A model generated the notes under the pieces. It ran no database searches. It was given only the letters and a program-made list of their open reading frames with translations, and was not told the DNA's origin. DNA of 64,000 nt from Oscillospiraceae bacterium (lineage in GTDB: Bacteria > Bacillota > Clostridia > UBA1381 > UBA9506). The position numbers and the translations under genes are program-made. The number at the start of each line of letters is the position of its first letter. Positions within the stretch are counted from its first letter, which is position 1. The stretch is taken from the NCBI GenBank assembly GCA_015068865.1, contig SVJT01000001.1, positions 6,040-70,039 of the forward strand. Direction: 5' to 3'. Shown here piece after piece: positions 1 to 10,018 of the stretch.

Positions 1-1110
1 TTTTTTAATGTTGCTGTTTTCGGTGAACACATAGGTGGAGGCTTTAAATTCGTTGCCATCCCAAAGAACGGTGTGACTGTCCGTTGAACCAACCACCGGC
101 AGATTCACGCCCTGACGCTGGGCTTCATAATAAAGGGCTGTTTGCAGATTGTTTTCTTCTGCATTGCCGCCACCCATAATTTCAAAGGCATCGCAAAGAC
201 CGTCTTTTAAAATAGCCATAGACATTTCATGGCCCACGTGCCAGCGTACTTTTTCAATGTTCCAGTAAGGATGAGGGAAAATCACCAAACCGCCATAGCG
301 TTTGGCTTCTAAATAGACCCACACTCTGTATAAATATTCCTGCTCATCCACATTTTCAGGAACATCCACCGCTTCTTTTAAGGCTTCTACTTCTTTTTTT
401 ATGCGCTCCGGATTTTCTCTGAACACTTCGTTCACACTTTTAGAACTGCCAATGTTCACAATGTGCAAATGACCGCCAAAGCCGTTGTGAATTTCTTCAC
501 CCACCGGCAGGAGAAAATCAGTTTTAAAATCAAACTTTTCCCGGGCATATTGACCAATATCATAAAAATAATGGTCGGTAATAACTGCAAAGTCATAACC
601 CATCTGGCGATAGAGAGCCGCCGTCAGTGCCGGGCTGTCATCCCCGTCGGTCATATTGGTGTGAATATGCAAATCACCACGAAGAACACGGCGGTTATAT
701 AAATCTTCTTTCAAAGAATAAACGGCTACAATGGACCATTGCTCCGGCCGCTCCATAACCCAACCAAAACTCTTGGGATTCATTTGGTGAGTGGTCAGTT
801 CATGCTTATCATGCTCAAAGGTGCGAATGCGGATATTCCATTGTTGTTCCCCTTTAAAAAAATGAGTTACTTCCAGCACCCCATTTTTGGGCTGAATCTT
901 CAGGGTTTCTCTGTGTTTTTCTATGCCCTTTAACGAAAGCGCCTCATCCATGGGCAGTTCATTTTTATCTGCCGGGATAATCTGCACCTCATAGGTTATA
1001 TCATCATAAAAAAGCATCCAGCCATCTAAGGCGCGGATGCTTATTTTGCTTTCACAGTTCGCCGGCACAACGGAAGGCGTAACAGAAAACCGTTTTAATT
1101 CAGATTTCAT
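1..1110 (-). CDS. PHP-domain metal-dependent phosphoesterase (3' end runs off the window)
   Basis: Not in the ORF track because it stays open to position 1. Manual translation from ATG 1110-1108 (SD AGAGGAAG upstream) gives MKSELKRFSVTPSV... with no stop for 370 codons. Contains RGDLHIHTNMTDGDDSP plus later HLHIVN, FPHPYW and GSTDSH His-rich motifs typical of the PHP fold. Confidence 0.7.
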   Translation of the reverse strand, partial: MKSELKRFSVTPSVVPANCESKISIRALDGWMLFYDDITYEVQIIPADKNELPMDEALSLKGIEKHRETLKIQPKNGVLEVTHFFKGEQQWNIRIRTFEHDKHELTTHQMNPKSFGWVMERPEQWSIVAVYSLKEDLYNRRVLRGDLHIHTNMTDGDDSPALTAALYRQMGYDFAVITDHYFYDIGQYAREKFDFKTDFLLPVGEEIHNGFGGHLHIVNIGSSKSVNEVFRENPERIKKEVEALKEAVDVPENVDEQEYLYRVWVYLEAKRYGGLVIFPHPYWNIEKVRWHVGHEMSMAILKDGLCDAFEIMGGGNAEENNLQTALYYEAQRQGVNLPVVGSTDSHTVLWDGNEFKASTYVFTENSNIKK

Positions 1111-1127
1111 AAGGCTTCCTCTTTTCT

Positions 1128-1925
1128 TTACTCTAATGCAAATTCACAACAAATGGGATAATGGTCAGAAAGGAAAATACCGTTTTTGTTATCCTCCCAT
1201 CTATAAACCTTTTGCAGCTTTTGTGCTGTTTCGGGGGAGGTAAATACATAGTCAATTTTCCATCCACGGGAGTATTCTGTATGGCCGGTACCGCCAAAAT
1301 CGTGGAAAGAAACCGGGATGTCTTTTGTTAAATCCACTAAGGGATAGTCCTCATAGTTATTGCAAAAAGCAATGGTTTTGCTATCCGGCTGAGCATTAAA
1401 ATCTCCCAGTATAAAGGAGGGATATGCCATCACTTCATTGTCTTTTTTCATTTTTTCCACAATCTGACGGATGCCTAAAATTCTGGCTTCATCGCTTTCG
1501 TGGTCTAAATGCACATTATATAAACGAATGGGGGCTTTCATGTTTTTATGTTTCACCACCGCATAAATGCAGGTGCGGGGATATTCGCTCTGAATTTCAT
1601 ATCGGGTGCCGGGCACAAAAGGTGTGGGGGAAAGCCAGAATTGTTCTAAGCCGAAAAGCTCTATAGAATCCTTCCTATAGGCAATACCTAAACCCTCAGA
1701 GGAGAAGTCTGCCAGACGCCCGTGACCTACCATATGATAATCCACTAAATATTTTTCCAAAAAAGGACGGATTTGCTCCCCCACTTCCTGAAAACAAATT
1801 ACGTGGGGTTTTTCTTCGTTAATTTTATCTAAAATAAGGCCGGCACGGTGAATGAAGGCATTCATGCCGTCATAAGTATCATATAGCGTGCGTAGATTAA
1901 AGGTGACGATTTTTAAGTTTTCCAT
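1128..1925 (-). CDS. Endonuclease/exonuclease/phosphatase (EEP) family protein
   Basis: 265-aa ORF with SD AGAGGAAAAAAG-ATG. Has N-terminal VTFNLR, CFQEV, NVHLDH, GDFN and a C-terminal SDHYP motif, the characteristic EEP catalytic strings. No signal peptide. Confidence 0.85.
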   Translation of the reverse strand: MENLKIVTFNLRTLYDTYDGMNAFIHRAGLILDKINEEKPHVICFQEVGEQIRPFLEKYLVDYHMVGHGRLADFSSEGLGIAYRKDSIELFGLEQFWLSPTPFVPGTRYEIQSEYPRTCIYAVVKHKNMKAPIRLYNVHLDHESDEARILGIRQIVEKMKKDNEVMAYPSFILGDFNAQPDSKTIAFCNNYEDYPLVDLTKDIPVSFHDFGGTGHTEYSRGWKIDYVFTSPETAQKLQKVYRWEDNKNGIFLSDHYPICCEFALE

Positions 1926-1940
1926 CTTTTTTCCTCTTTC

Positions 1941-2684
1941 TTATAAAGTCAGTTCTGCCACATAGGGCTTGTGGTCGCTGGGTTCAGCCTCTATGGGCAT
2001 CGCCTGTTCCACTTTCATAGACTCATCTGCAAAAATATAGTCAATTTTCATAAAGGGGTCATTGGAAGAAAATGTGTACTGGCTTTTATCAATTTTTTCC
2101 GGTGCCGTGTCTTTTATAAGGGCAGAAAGCTCACGGATTAACTTTTCATCCGGCTCCATATTAAAGTCACCCATTAAAATGCAGGGATAGGGGGATGCCG
2201 CTATGAGCTCTTTCACTTTTTCTACCACCATTTTCTTTTCAGATGGCGCCAAACCAAAGTGCGAAACCAAAAGTGTCACCTTTTGCTCCCCTAAATCAAT
2301 TGTGGCTTTGGCAATGCTTCGCGCCTCTACTCGTTCATCCTCACTGGGGTCACCAGCAGGAATACAGAACGTTTCTGCCTCTAAAATGGGGTATTTCGAC
2401 AAAATGGCGTTGCCATAGGGGCTTTCCCTATCTAAAACGGCCTGAGCAAAATAAAAATAGTCATAGCCGGCTTCTTTGGCAATCCGCTCCGGCTGGTTAT
2501 CAAAAATAAAGCCTGCCTCGTGAACTTCATTCATGCCCACAATATGAGCATTTTGTTCTTTAATTACTTCTGCCACTAAAGAGGGGTTCACCAGGGTGGG
2601 GTCAAGCCACTCTTTCCCTGCGTTCATTTCCGGATAGCTTCTGCCGGACATAATATTATAAGTCATAACTTTTAATTTCATCAT
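1941..2684 (-). CDS. Endonuclease/exonuclease/phosphatase (EEP) family protein, second divergent copy
   Basis: 247-aa ORF. MTYNIMSGR, GMNEV, VSHFGL, GDFN and SDHKP motifs. SD AAGAGGAA upstream. Confidence 0.85.
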   Translation of the reverse strand: MMKLKVMTYNIMSGRSYPEMNAGKEWLDPTLVNPSLVAEVIKEQNAHIVGMNEVHEAGFIFDNQPERIAKEAGYDYFYFAQAVLDRESPYGNAILSKYPILEAETFCIPAGDPSEDERVEARSIAKATIDLGEQKVTLLVSHFGLAPSEKKMVVEKVKELIAASPYPCILMGDFNMEPDEKLIRELSALIKDTAPEKIDKSQYTFSSNDPFMKIDYIFADESMKVEQAMPIEAEPSDHKPYVAELTL

Positions 2685-2708
2685 AATTCCTCTTTCTTCC
2701 TTCGTTTT

Positions 2709-3398
2709 CTATGCGTAAACAATGTTCTCAATTTGACCGAGGTCATCAATTTCATAAGTTACGGGAATATTCAGCGAGTTGGGCTTGTGGTCCGGATTAA
2801 ACCAACAGGTGTCAATGCCTGCCGAAAACCCACCCAACATATCGCTTGTGAGGGAATCGCCAATAAGGAGCACTTCTTTTTTATCGGTTATGCCCATTTT
2901 CTCAAAAACATAATCAAAATAGGTCGTGTTTGGCTTTTCGGCACCTACCAGTTCAGAAATGAAAATGGCATCAAAAATGGTATCTAACCCTGAAAGATGC
3001 AGTTTTTTCTCCTGGGCAACCTTTGTGCCGTTGGTAACCGCAACCAACGTATACTTTCCCTTTTGTGAAAGCAATATGTCCTTTGCTTTATCAACAAACT
3101 CAACATAGTCACCAAGAGTTACCTGATATTCTTGATTAAAGCTTTCTGCAATGGAAACCTCAACACCGATGATGCTGAAAAACTCACGGAATCTGCCAAC
3201 TAAAATCTCCGGTTTGGTGAGCTCGTTTCGCTCTAACATCTGCCAGTATTTTACGTTGATGGCAGAATACTGCTTCAGCATTTCATCGCTGCACTCACCA
3301 AGGTTATATTTTTTGAATAACGTCCGGATGGCATAAGCCTCTGAGGCTAAAAAATCAAGAACTGTTCCGTCTATATCCCACAAAATGTATTGATACAT
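2709..3398 (-). CDS. HAD-superfamily hydrolase, YjjG-like (subfamily IA)
   Basis: DxDxT motif in ILWDIDGTVLDF, VTNG, and GDSLTSDMLGG near the C-terminus. I prefer ATG at 3398 (SD GAAGGA) over the track start at 3425, which is a GTG without SD. Confidence 0.85.
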   Translation of the reverse strand: MYQYILWDIDGTVLDFLASEAYAIRTLFKKYNLGECSDEMLKQYSAINVKYWQMLERNELTKPEILVGRFREFFSIIGVEVSIAESFNQEYQVTLGDYVEFVDKAKDILLSQKGKYTLVAVTNGTKVAQEKKLHLSGLDTIFDAIFISELVGAEKPNTTYFDYVFEKMGITDKKEVLLIGDSLTSDMLGGFSAGIDTCWFNPDHKPNSLNIPVTYEIDDLGQIENIVYA

Positions 3399-3436
3399 AA
3401 TGATTCCTTCACCGCCTATGGGCACTTTTGTCCATT

Positions 3437-4108
3437 TTATTCATTCAGCGTCAGAGTGCAATCACAGTCAAACTTTGAAATCAGTTCGCTTTCTTCCAGT
3501 TGTGGCGGAATCTCAAGGACATAGCGATACTCCACCACATTGTTTTGCATCTCTTTTTTCACGCTCACATCGCTGACGGTAATGCCCAGTTCACGAAAAA
3601 TTACTGTTGCATCCGGTTGACCCTCGTCATTATTTTGATAGCGTAGACACAGAATTTTTACTTTCGGTCTTTTCAGCCAACGCACATTGGCGTGCAGGGC
3701 AAACTGCACCATTAAAATAATCAGTGTAGCAGACAATCCCAGAACATACATACCACTGCCGATGGCAAGACCTACACCGGCCGTTGCCCAGATACCTGCC
3801 GCCGTGGTGAGACCGGAAATGGTGCGCTTATACACGAAAATCATTCCGGCACCCAGAAAACCGATACCGCTGGCCACGCCGGAAGCGATACGGGAGGGGT
3901 CTAACTTAATAAACTCCCCTACCAAATCATCAAAAGCATATTTTGATAAAATCATCATTAAAGCTGAGGCACAAGCCACCAGACAATGGGTGCGGACGCC
4001 GGCTTCTTTGGCTCTTCGTTTTCGTTCTAAGCCTACCAGAATGCCACAAACACCGGCAACAATTAAACGAAAGACAAAATGCAAATCATATCGATAAATA
4101 AACTCCAT
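3437..4108 (-). CDS. MgtC/SapB family membrane protein
   Basis: LIVAGVCGILVGLERKRRAKEAGVRTH signature, four to five TM helices and a C-terminal soluble domain. The track start at 4123 is TTG. ATG at 4108 has GGAG upstream. Confidence 0.85.
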   Translation of the reverse strand: MEFIYRYDLHFVFRLIVAGVCGILVGLERKRRAKEAGVRTHCLVACASALMMILSKYAFDDLVGEFIKLDPSRIASGVASGIGFLGAGMIFVYKRTISGLTTAAGIWATAGVGLAIGSGMYVLGLSATLIILMVQFALHANVRWLKRPKVKILCLRYQNNDEGQPDATVIFRELGITVSDVSVKKEMQNNVVEYRYVLEIPPQLEESELISKFDCDCTLTLNE

Positions 4109-4128
4109 GAAAATGTTCTCCAATCAAA

Positions 4129-5064
4129 TTAATCGGCATAAATTTTTTCAATGGCAGCAATTACCTCTCTGCCATATTCCGGCGTAACGATGTTACTTTC
4201 TTCGCCCTTTAAGAATTTAACAAACTCCACCAGCTGGTCATATAACAAATCGGTCGTGCCGCCGTAATTCACCCACTGGTTATTTTCAAACACGCAGAAA
4301 TCGGAACCGCCGGCAGCTTTTGCCATACCGTTTGTGAAATAAAATACAGTTTCATAAGCACGGGTGTCGGGGCAGCCGCAGTAAGTAACGGTAGCCGTAA
4401 TATTACCTGTAAACTTTAACAAAATCTGTGCATTGATTTCCACATTATCATCAGAAAGAGGGTTAGAAAGGTAAGACGTTGCCTCTACGACCTTCTCCCC
4501 GGAAACATACATAATTTTATCAATGGTGTGAGCACCATAGTTCATCACAATGCCGCCACCGGACAGTTTTTTATCCAAAAACCACTTAGGACGACCGGGC
4601 AGATAGTTTACGTTACGGACTTCGGTAATCATTTTCAGTTCGCCCAGCTTACCGCTTTCTTTAATCTTCTTAATTTCTTCATAGGCTGAATAGTAGCGTT
4701 GTACGTGACCAACCGCCAGCTTGGCACCGCTTTTTTCAGCGGCGGCTATCATACTGTCACACTCTTCAACGCTCATGGCCATAGGCTTTTCTACCAGCAC
4801 ATTTACCCCTTTTTCCAGGAAATAAACCGTTACATCATGATGGAGAAAATGAGGCAGATTTAAAATCACAGCATCCAGCTCCACCTGCTCACACATTTCC
4901 TTGTAATCAGTAAAACTTTTTGCTTTGTGTGCTGCTGCAATTTCTTCGGCACGCTCAAGCACCGTATCACAAACGGCTACCAATTCACAATCTTCATTTC
5001 TCAAAATGGCAGCACTATGGTCTCTACCGATAATACCAGCACCAACAATACCTAATTTAAACAT
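4129..5064 (-). CDS. Gfo/Idh/MocA family NAD(P)-dependent oxidoreductase
   Basis: N-terminal Rossmann motif LGIVGAGIIGRDH and the EKP motif (VLVEKPMAMS). 311 aa. SD GGAGGAA. Confidence 0.85.
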   Translation of the reverse strand: MFKLGIVGAGIIGRDHSAAILRNEDCELVAVCDTVLERAEEIAAAHKAKSFTDYKEMCEQVELDAVILNLPHFLHHDVTVYFLEKGVNVLVEKPMAMSVEECDSMIAAAEKSGAKLAVGHVQRYYSAYEEIKKIKESGKLGELKMITEVRNVNYLPGRPKWFLDKKLSGGGIVMNYGAHTIDKIMYVSGEKVVEATSYLSNPLSDDNVEINAQILLKFTGNITATVTYCGCPDTRAYETVFYFTNGMAKAAGGSDFCVFENNQWVNYGGTTDLLYDQLVEFVKFLKGEESNIVTPEYGREVIAAIEKIYAD

Positions 5065-5076
5065 CTGTCATTCCTC

Positions 5077-6717
5077 CTAAATATGTTTTTTAATCTCGTT
5101 ATTGACAATTTCACGCAAACGCAAAAGGAACGTTTTATCGTGAGGATACTGGTCGAAGCGAATTTCCATCCCCGCTTCTTTTTCAATGAGTTCTACAACC
5201 TTTTCCTTGCCGATAAAGCTTTCTAATAGTTTTAAAGCACGCAAGTCTTGCAGGGCATCGTAGAACACCAAAATACGCAGGGACTCAATGGGTCCTTCCG
5301 GTCCGGGATAAACGGAAAATGCATCACCGGACTGATAGGAGTTAATGGCATCCGTAATCATAAAGGGGTTAATCTGCTTTAAGGAAAGGGCTGAGTTATA
5401 GAAATTATAACCCCAATGCAAAAAGCCGAACACATCGAATTTATAGAACTGCAGACCAATAACACGGTTGCGATAAGAAGGCATTGCCATAAACCGGTTG
5501 CTCACATTAACAGCCTGAGAGCAGCAGTAATATGCCCACATATCCGGCACATTGTTTTCAATAAAGGGTTCAATTCTGTTGGTAGAGGGAATGGGATGGT
5601 CTACCACACCTTTTTTATAATAATCAAAATCGGAAAGAGCATCAATAAACTCATAGCCGGGCAGATACTGTTTCACCTGCTCCTTTAGCATTAAATAACG
5701 CTCTAAGTGCTCGCCGTGAGGCTCATCGGAAATATGGAAGAAGGTGTTTTCGTGAATACCCTCTTCCCGAAGAACTTTATCAAGCGCCGGCAAAAGCTGA
5801 GATAAAAAGTTCATATAACGGGGGTCATCTGAAGCGACATCCCAGCCGAAAATCCGCTTATATTCCCCATTTTCCGTTGCCATAATTTTCGGGGTGAATT
5901 CAAGACCCCACTGGGTGAACATATGCGCCATTTCATAATAACGGATGCCGTTTTTCTTACAAATGGCAATCCAGCGGCGGAGCTTGTCAAAACCGAAGCT
6001 ATAGGTTTCCCCGTCCTTTGTCACATCCACCAGCTGAACAGTGGTACGCTCATGCCCCACCTGAGTGTCAAGAGGCGGTGTGTAAATGGGGGTTAGCATC
6101 ATATTAATGCCGTTATCTGTGGCGGTTTTCATAAATTTATCAATCAGCTCCCAATGCTCTTCGGAGAACACGGGCACCTGATAGTAATTCGCCAGACAAT
6201 CAGCGTGGAACCACTGGGTGAAAACCATCTCCTGTTCGGGAAGCAGGGCATCAATCACCTCAACGGTCATAGTTTTGGAAAAACTACCTTCTTTATCACT
6301 CAGCACCACTTCAATGGGGTATGTACCGGCTTTCACGGAGCCATCTAAGGTCACCGTAATCCACAGGCTGTGCCAAGCGCAGCGAACAACCTCCATAATG
6401 CCTTCTTCCATCGGATAGAGCACGTCGGGGAACAGCCCGGGCTCATAGCGTTCATAATATTCGTCACTCTCTACACGAATGGGATATTCAGAAGGCACAT
6501 TGCCCACCTTGCGGATGGTTACAAAATTCGCCAAAGGGGAATTCACCGTAATATCCATATTCCGGCGCATATAATTGTTGTCACCATTATAGGCAATCTG
6601 ATAAGAAAATTTCTCGTTTTTCATCACCGACATCTGCAGAAATTCTGCTTCGGGCAAGGTGTAATCAAGATACACTTTCTCTAATGAAGAAAGCTGAAAC
6701 AATGTCATTGTGCTCAT
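5077..6717 (-). CDS. DUF4091-type protein, possibly a GH123-like beta-N-acetylhexosaminidase
   Basis: 546 aa, no signal peptide. Overall size and layout recalled as the DUF4091 family. FHISDEPHGEH contains an adjacent Asp-Glu pair like the GH123 catalytic dyad. The assignment is from memory of the family, not a search. Confidence 0.55.
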   Translation of the reverse strand: MSTMTLFQLSSLEKVYLDYTLPEAEFLQMSVMKNEKFSYQIAYNGDNNYMRRNMDITVNSPLANFVTIRKVGNVPSEYPIRVESDEYYERYEPGLFPDVLYPMEEGIMEVVRCAWHSLWITVTLDGSVKAGTYPIEVVLSDKEGSFSKTMTVEVIDALLPEQEMVFTQWFHADCLANYYQVPVFSEEHWELIDKFMKTATDNGINMMLTPIYTPPLDTQVGHERTTVQLVDVTKDGETYSFGFDKLRRWIAICKKNGIRYYEMAHMFTQWGLEFTPKIMATENGEYKRIFGWDVASDDPRYMNFLSQLLPALDKVLREEGIHENTFFHISDEPHGEHLERYLMLKEQVKQYLPGYEFIDALSDFDYYKKGVVDHPIPSTNRIEPFIENNVPDMWAYYCCSQAVNVSNRFMAMPSYRNRVIGLQFYKFDVFGFLHWGYNFYNSALSLKQINPFMITDAINSYQSGDAFSVYPGPEGPIESLRILVFYDALQDLRALKLLESFIGKEKVVELIEKEAGMEIRFDQYPHDKTFLLRLREIVNNEIKKHI

Positions 6718-6733
6718 ATTATTACCTCCTATT

Positions 6734-9193
6734 TTACTCGTTTTCTCTTAAATAGCGCTCTGATTCGTTCCAATAGTTCATAGATTCCACCGGCTCTTCG
6801 TCAAGCTGCCAGTACTGGGTCATCATGCGTTCCTTCTGGGGACCCTCTGCGGCAATGCCGGCAAGATAGTTCTTTAATTCGGTTACTGCCAGGCTGCCCT
6901 CTTTGCCAAAGGCATCGGTATGACAGTAATCAACCAAAGCTTTCAGCATAGCACAGGATGCCGTGTCATAAGAATCCACACCGGTAAAATTCATACCGGT
7001 AACCAAAAGCCGTCCCTTCCCCACTTTTAATGCAAAAGCATAGCTGAAGTGACGCATGGTGCGGTCATACATTAATTCCGGCAGTCTGAATTTTGTGGCA
7101 TCAAACCGGTCACGGCTACTTTTATCCAGGCCACTGACAATGGAATGTACCGCCGTGGGGAAATCGTCTAAATTAATCTTGTCACTATCATCAATTAAGT
7201 TATAATACTGGAAGTTAATCTGACCGTCGGTGACAAAGCCCAAGCGGTTTAAGGTTTTCCCATCCACCGGACCGCCATTGATGGTACCACGGTCCCAGAT
7301 AACCCCTTTATACCGATCCCACACATGACGGAAGGAATATTTTGGTGCTTTCATATCCTTATGGAGCAGATGACGGGTCCAGTCGGTGCGGTAAATGAGC
7401 ATTACATCCTGACCCTGCTCTAACTTTTCAAATAAGGCATCATCCAGCTTATCCGTTAACAATAAGGATGAAGTCTCATTGAATTTACAAACTCTGTCTA
7501 AGTAACTTGCCTCCATATCTGCCTTCGCATCTAAAGAAAGCTCACGGCAGGCAGGCATAACCCACAGCTCCCAGCTGTTTTCGCAAACGGTGCCGTCGGC
7601 AAAATCCAAGCGGCAATCAAGGGTCAAATGGGTACTTTCTGTCGGCATGAACACCTCTAAGCTGCACAGGCTGTATAAGCCGGAGTCACCGGTATCCACA
7701 TCCCGCAGAGTGCCTTTTGTATAAACTTTGCCGCTATCATCCGTCAAGGTATAGGTAAACATCGCTTTTTTAGGCGGATTAATCATAAACTGAGAAAGCA
7801 AAACAGGAATTTTGGCTGTTTCGCCATAGCCATATACCTGCTTGGGGAGTCTGGCTAACAGAACGGTATCGGCATTAAACTTGCGGAATTCCTCTGTGGA
7901 AATACCATGAGGATCATCAAAGCAATCCACCACGCCGTTGGAGTTTTCATACCGGTCGGTATCAGCAAACTGAAGCATATGGAAGCCGGAGAGGAGCTTA
8001 CTGGAACGAATGCCCTCTAATGCTGCCTTCCAGCAACGGAACTGAAAGTCCTTGGTGATCTGCAACGTATCTGCAAAGCCTTCTTTATAGCCCTTTGCCT
8101 CAATCATTTTAATTTCTTCCTCTACCCACCAAGGTGCAGGACGGCCATATTTTGCAAACTTTTCTTTTAGTGCATAAAAATCTCGCCAGGAGGTGTAATG
8201 ACAAACCTCGTGAGCAATCAAGGGGCGGGGGAACTGAATCCCACGACGGATTTTTCCGTTTCCCTCTTCCACCACCATATCCCGGTTATTCACCGTGCCA
8301 AAGCACAAGAGATTATCCGTATTTTCAAACATATCTGCATTCTTGCCGTAAGGGAAGAAATAGCTCATATGCTGCACATCAAAATCCACATAGTCACGGT
8401 CATATTCACCGTGGGCACAGGTATCAATAAACAAACGGTTGGGGTCATTTTCCTTAATAAATTCGCAGATTTCTCGGATCCTGGGTTTCTTCCCCGGCTC
8501 ACGGATTTCATTGCCCACACAATAGACCATAAAAGAGGGATGATTATATAAGGTTTCAATGATTTCCAGTAATCTATCATTATTGATGAAATCATTTTTG
8601 CCGTAAAGCATTTCCTCTAAGTTGTCGTAATCATCATTTTCCTTACGCATTTCAATATGGATTAAAATACCCAAATCGTCGGCAGCACGAAAGCAAGCCT
8701 CCGGCGGAATCACAGAGTGAAAACGAATGGTGTTAAAGCCATAGCTTTTTGCCATTTCTATATTCTTTTTATAAAAATCATATTCAGATAAATTACAGTT
8801 ATTCTCGTGCTCGTGTGCCGCCGCACCGCGAATATAGGCACGCATATAGAAGGGATAACCGTTTAAATAAATGTTTTTAGCATCGGTAGATACATAACGA
8901 AAACCAAAACGGTCTCCCATTTCTTCTGTTTCACCGTCTGCATAGGTAATTGCCAGTGATAATATGTATAAATTCGGCTGCTCTACTGACCACATTTGGG
9001 CATCAAACTGCGCCGAAAGGGTTGCCTCAGCGCCCGTAACCATCGCTTCACCGGTTGCCAGTTCTTTTCCGGCTTTATCTGTGATAGCAAAACGGCAATC
9101 TTTAATCTCTTTTTTTGCAAGAATAACCGCCTGCATTCCCTCTTCAGGGTGGGCAGCTGTTATTTTTAAAACAGTGTGTTTCTCTGTAATCAT
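6734..9193 (-). CDS. Glycoside hydrolase family 2-like (TIM-barrel beta-galactosidase/glucuronidase/mannosidase type), cytoplasmic
   Basis: 819 aa. NIYLNGYPFYMRAYIRG, NTIRFHSVIPP, the CVGNEIREPG (NE acid/base-like) motif and IAHEVCHYTSW (nucleophile-like E-x-x-H) motif. No signal peptide. SD AGGAGAG. Confidence 0.7.
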   Translation of the reverse strand: MITEKHTVLKITAAHPEEGMQAVILAKKEIKDCRFAITDKAGKELATGEAMVTGAEATLSAQFDAQMWSVEQPNLYILSLAITYADGETEEMGDRFGFRYVSTDAKNIYLNGYPFYMRAYIRGAAAHEHENNCNLSEYDFYKKNIEMAKSYGFNTIRFHSVIPPEACFRAADDLGILIHIEMRKENDDYDNLEEMLYGKNDFINNDRLLEIIETLYNHPSFMVYCVGNEIREPGKKPRIREICEFIKENDPNRLFIDTCAHGEYDRDYVDFDVQHMSYFFPYGKNADMFENTDNLLCFGTVNNRDMVVEEGNGKIRRGIQFPRPLIAHEVCHYTSWRDFYALKEKFAKYGRPAPWWVEEEIKMIEAKGYKEGFADTLQITKDFQFRCWKAALEGIRSSKLLSGFHMLQFADTDRYENSNGVVDCFDDPHGISTEEFRKFNADTVLLARLPKQVYGYGETAKIPVLLSQFMINPPKKAMFTYTLTDDSGKVYTKGTLRDVDTGDSGLYSLCSLEVFMPTESTHLTLDCRLDFADGTVCENSWELWVMPACRELSLDAKADMEASYLDRVCKFNETSSLLLTDKLDDALFEKLEQGQDVMLIYRTDWTRHLLHKDMKAPKYSFRHVWDRYKGVIWDRGTINGGPVDGKTLNRLGFVTDGQINFQYYNLIDDSDKINLDDFPTAVHSIVSGLDKSSRDRFDATKFRLPELMYDRTMRHFSYAFALKVGKGRLLVTGMNFTGVDSYDTASCAMLKALVDYCHTDAFGKEGSLAVTELKNYLAGIAAEGPQKERMMTQYWQLDEEPVESMNYWNESERYLRENE

Positions 9194-9214
9194 CCGAAAC
9201 TCTCCTTTTTTCTC

Positions 9215-10003
9215 TTAATAAAATGCACGCCAAAGTGCTTCTTCTACCGTATCGGCTGTCACGGTAAAGCTTCTGCCGTCAATCATCTGCATATAGGGCT
9301 TGCAGGAAGGACGGAACATTTTCGTCCGTTCAATCATCTCCATTTTGCAGGTGATGGGTCCTTCTATCACATAAGGCTGAATGGAATCTGCTTTTTCCAC
9401 AGCCTCTTTTGCTTTTTCATAAATGAGCTTGTGGGCCTTGCCCGGGGGCAACAAAATACCACCTGTGCAGGACAGGCCTTTTTTTACCTCAGCCGTTACC
9501 ACATCGGGCATAATGGCTTTGGCCTCGGCACAAACCTTATCGTCGCCGCTGACCATAATCACCTTAACGCCCTGCTCGCCGGCAATGGCAGCATCTACAG
9601 CGGTTTCACCCACTTTTTCGCCGTTAATGTACATATTCTGCACATCCAGACCAAAGGTGTGCTCCAAAATGGCGCCTTCCGTGCCAGCCATAGCATGATA
9701 ACCCAATAAAACCATAGCGTCAATATCGGTTAAATCACCGTATCGACGGTCACCCACATAACCGCAGATGTACCCATCTGCAAGCGGAATAGCCTGCTCC
9801 CAGTCAAACATCCAACCGCCCCCGTGACAGTCGTGGACAATGACTTTATCGGCACCGCCTGCCTTTAACCCTTCTACGCAGGCATTAATATCTGCCATTA
9901 AGCAACGGCGGCCTTCGGGATTCTGCCAGCGGCCTTCACGAGTCTGATCGTTACTGTAAATCCCGCTGATACCCTCTATATCAACCATAACATAAACATT
10001 CAT
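9215..10003 (-). CDS. Peptidase M55 (DppA-type D-aminopeptidase) family protein, copy A
   Basis: MNVYVMVDIEGISGIY start, VHDCHGGG and LGYHAMAG metal-ligand-like motifs. 262 aa. SD AGGAGGGG. Confidence 0.8.
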   Translation of the reverse strand: MNVYVMVDIEGISGIYSNDQTREGRWQNPEGRRCLMADINACVEGLKAGGADKVIVHDCHGGGWMFDWEQAIPLADGYICGYVGDRRYGDLTDIDAMVLLGYHAMAGTEGAILEHTFGLDVQNMYINGEKVGETAVDAAIAGEQGVKVIMVSGDDKVCAEAKAIMPDVVTAEVKKGLSCTGGILLPPGKAHKLIYEKAKEAVEKADSIQPYVIEGPITCKMEMIERTKMFRPSCKPYMQMIDGRSFTVTADTVEEALWRAFY

Positions 10004-10018
10004 TCTCTGCCCCTCCTA

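Noticed and set aside
1-2684. PHP plus two EEP genes read as a nuclease-based defence module
   Set aside because: They are packed co-directionally behind sugar-active enzymes with no promoter of their own. They have no ATPase, helicase, sensor or methylase partner. A metabolic phosphoesterase role is the simpler reading.
9176-9709. 177-aa plus-strand ORF, and similar long antisense ORFs (for example 3687..4097, 44197..44760, 47245..47703, 56415..57113, 57666..58187, 20545..20973)
   Set aside because: All lie antisense inside strongly supported minus-strand genes. They lack SD sequences and recognisable motifs and have odd composition (Cys/His/Arg-rich). They are shadow ORFs.
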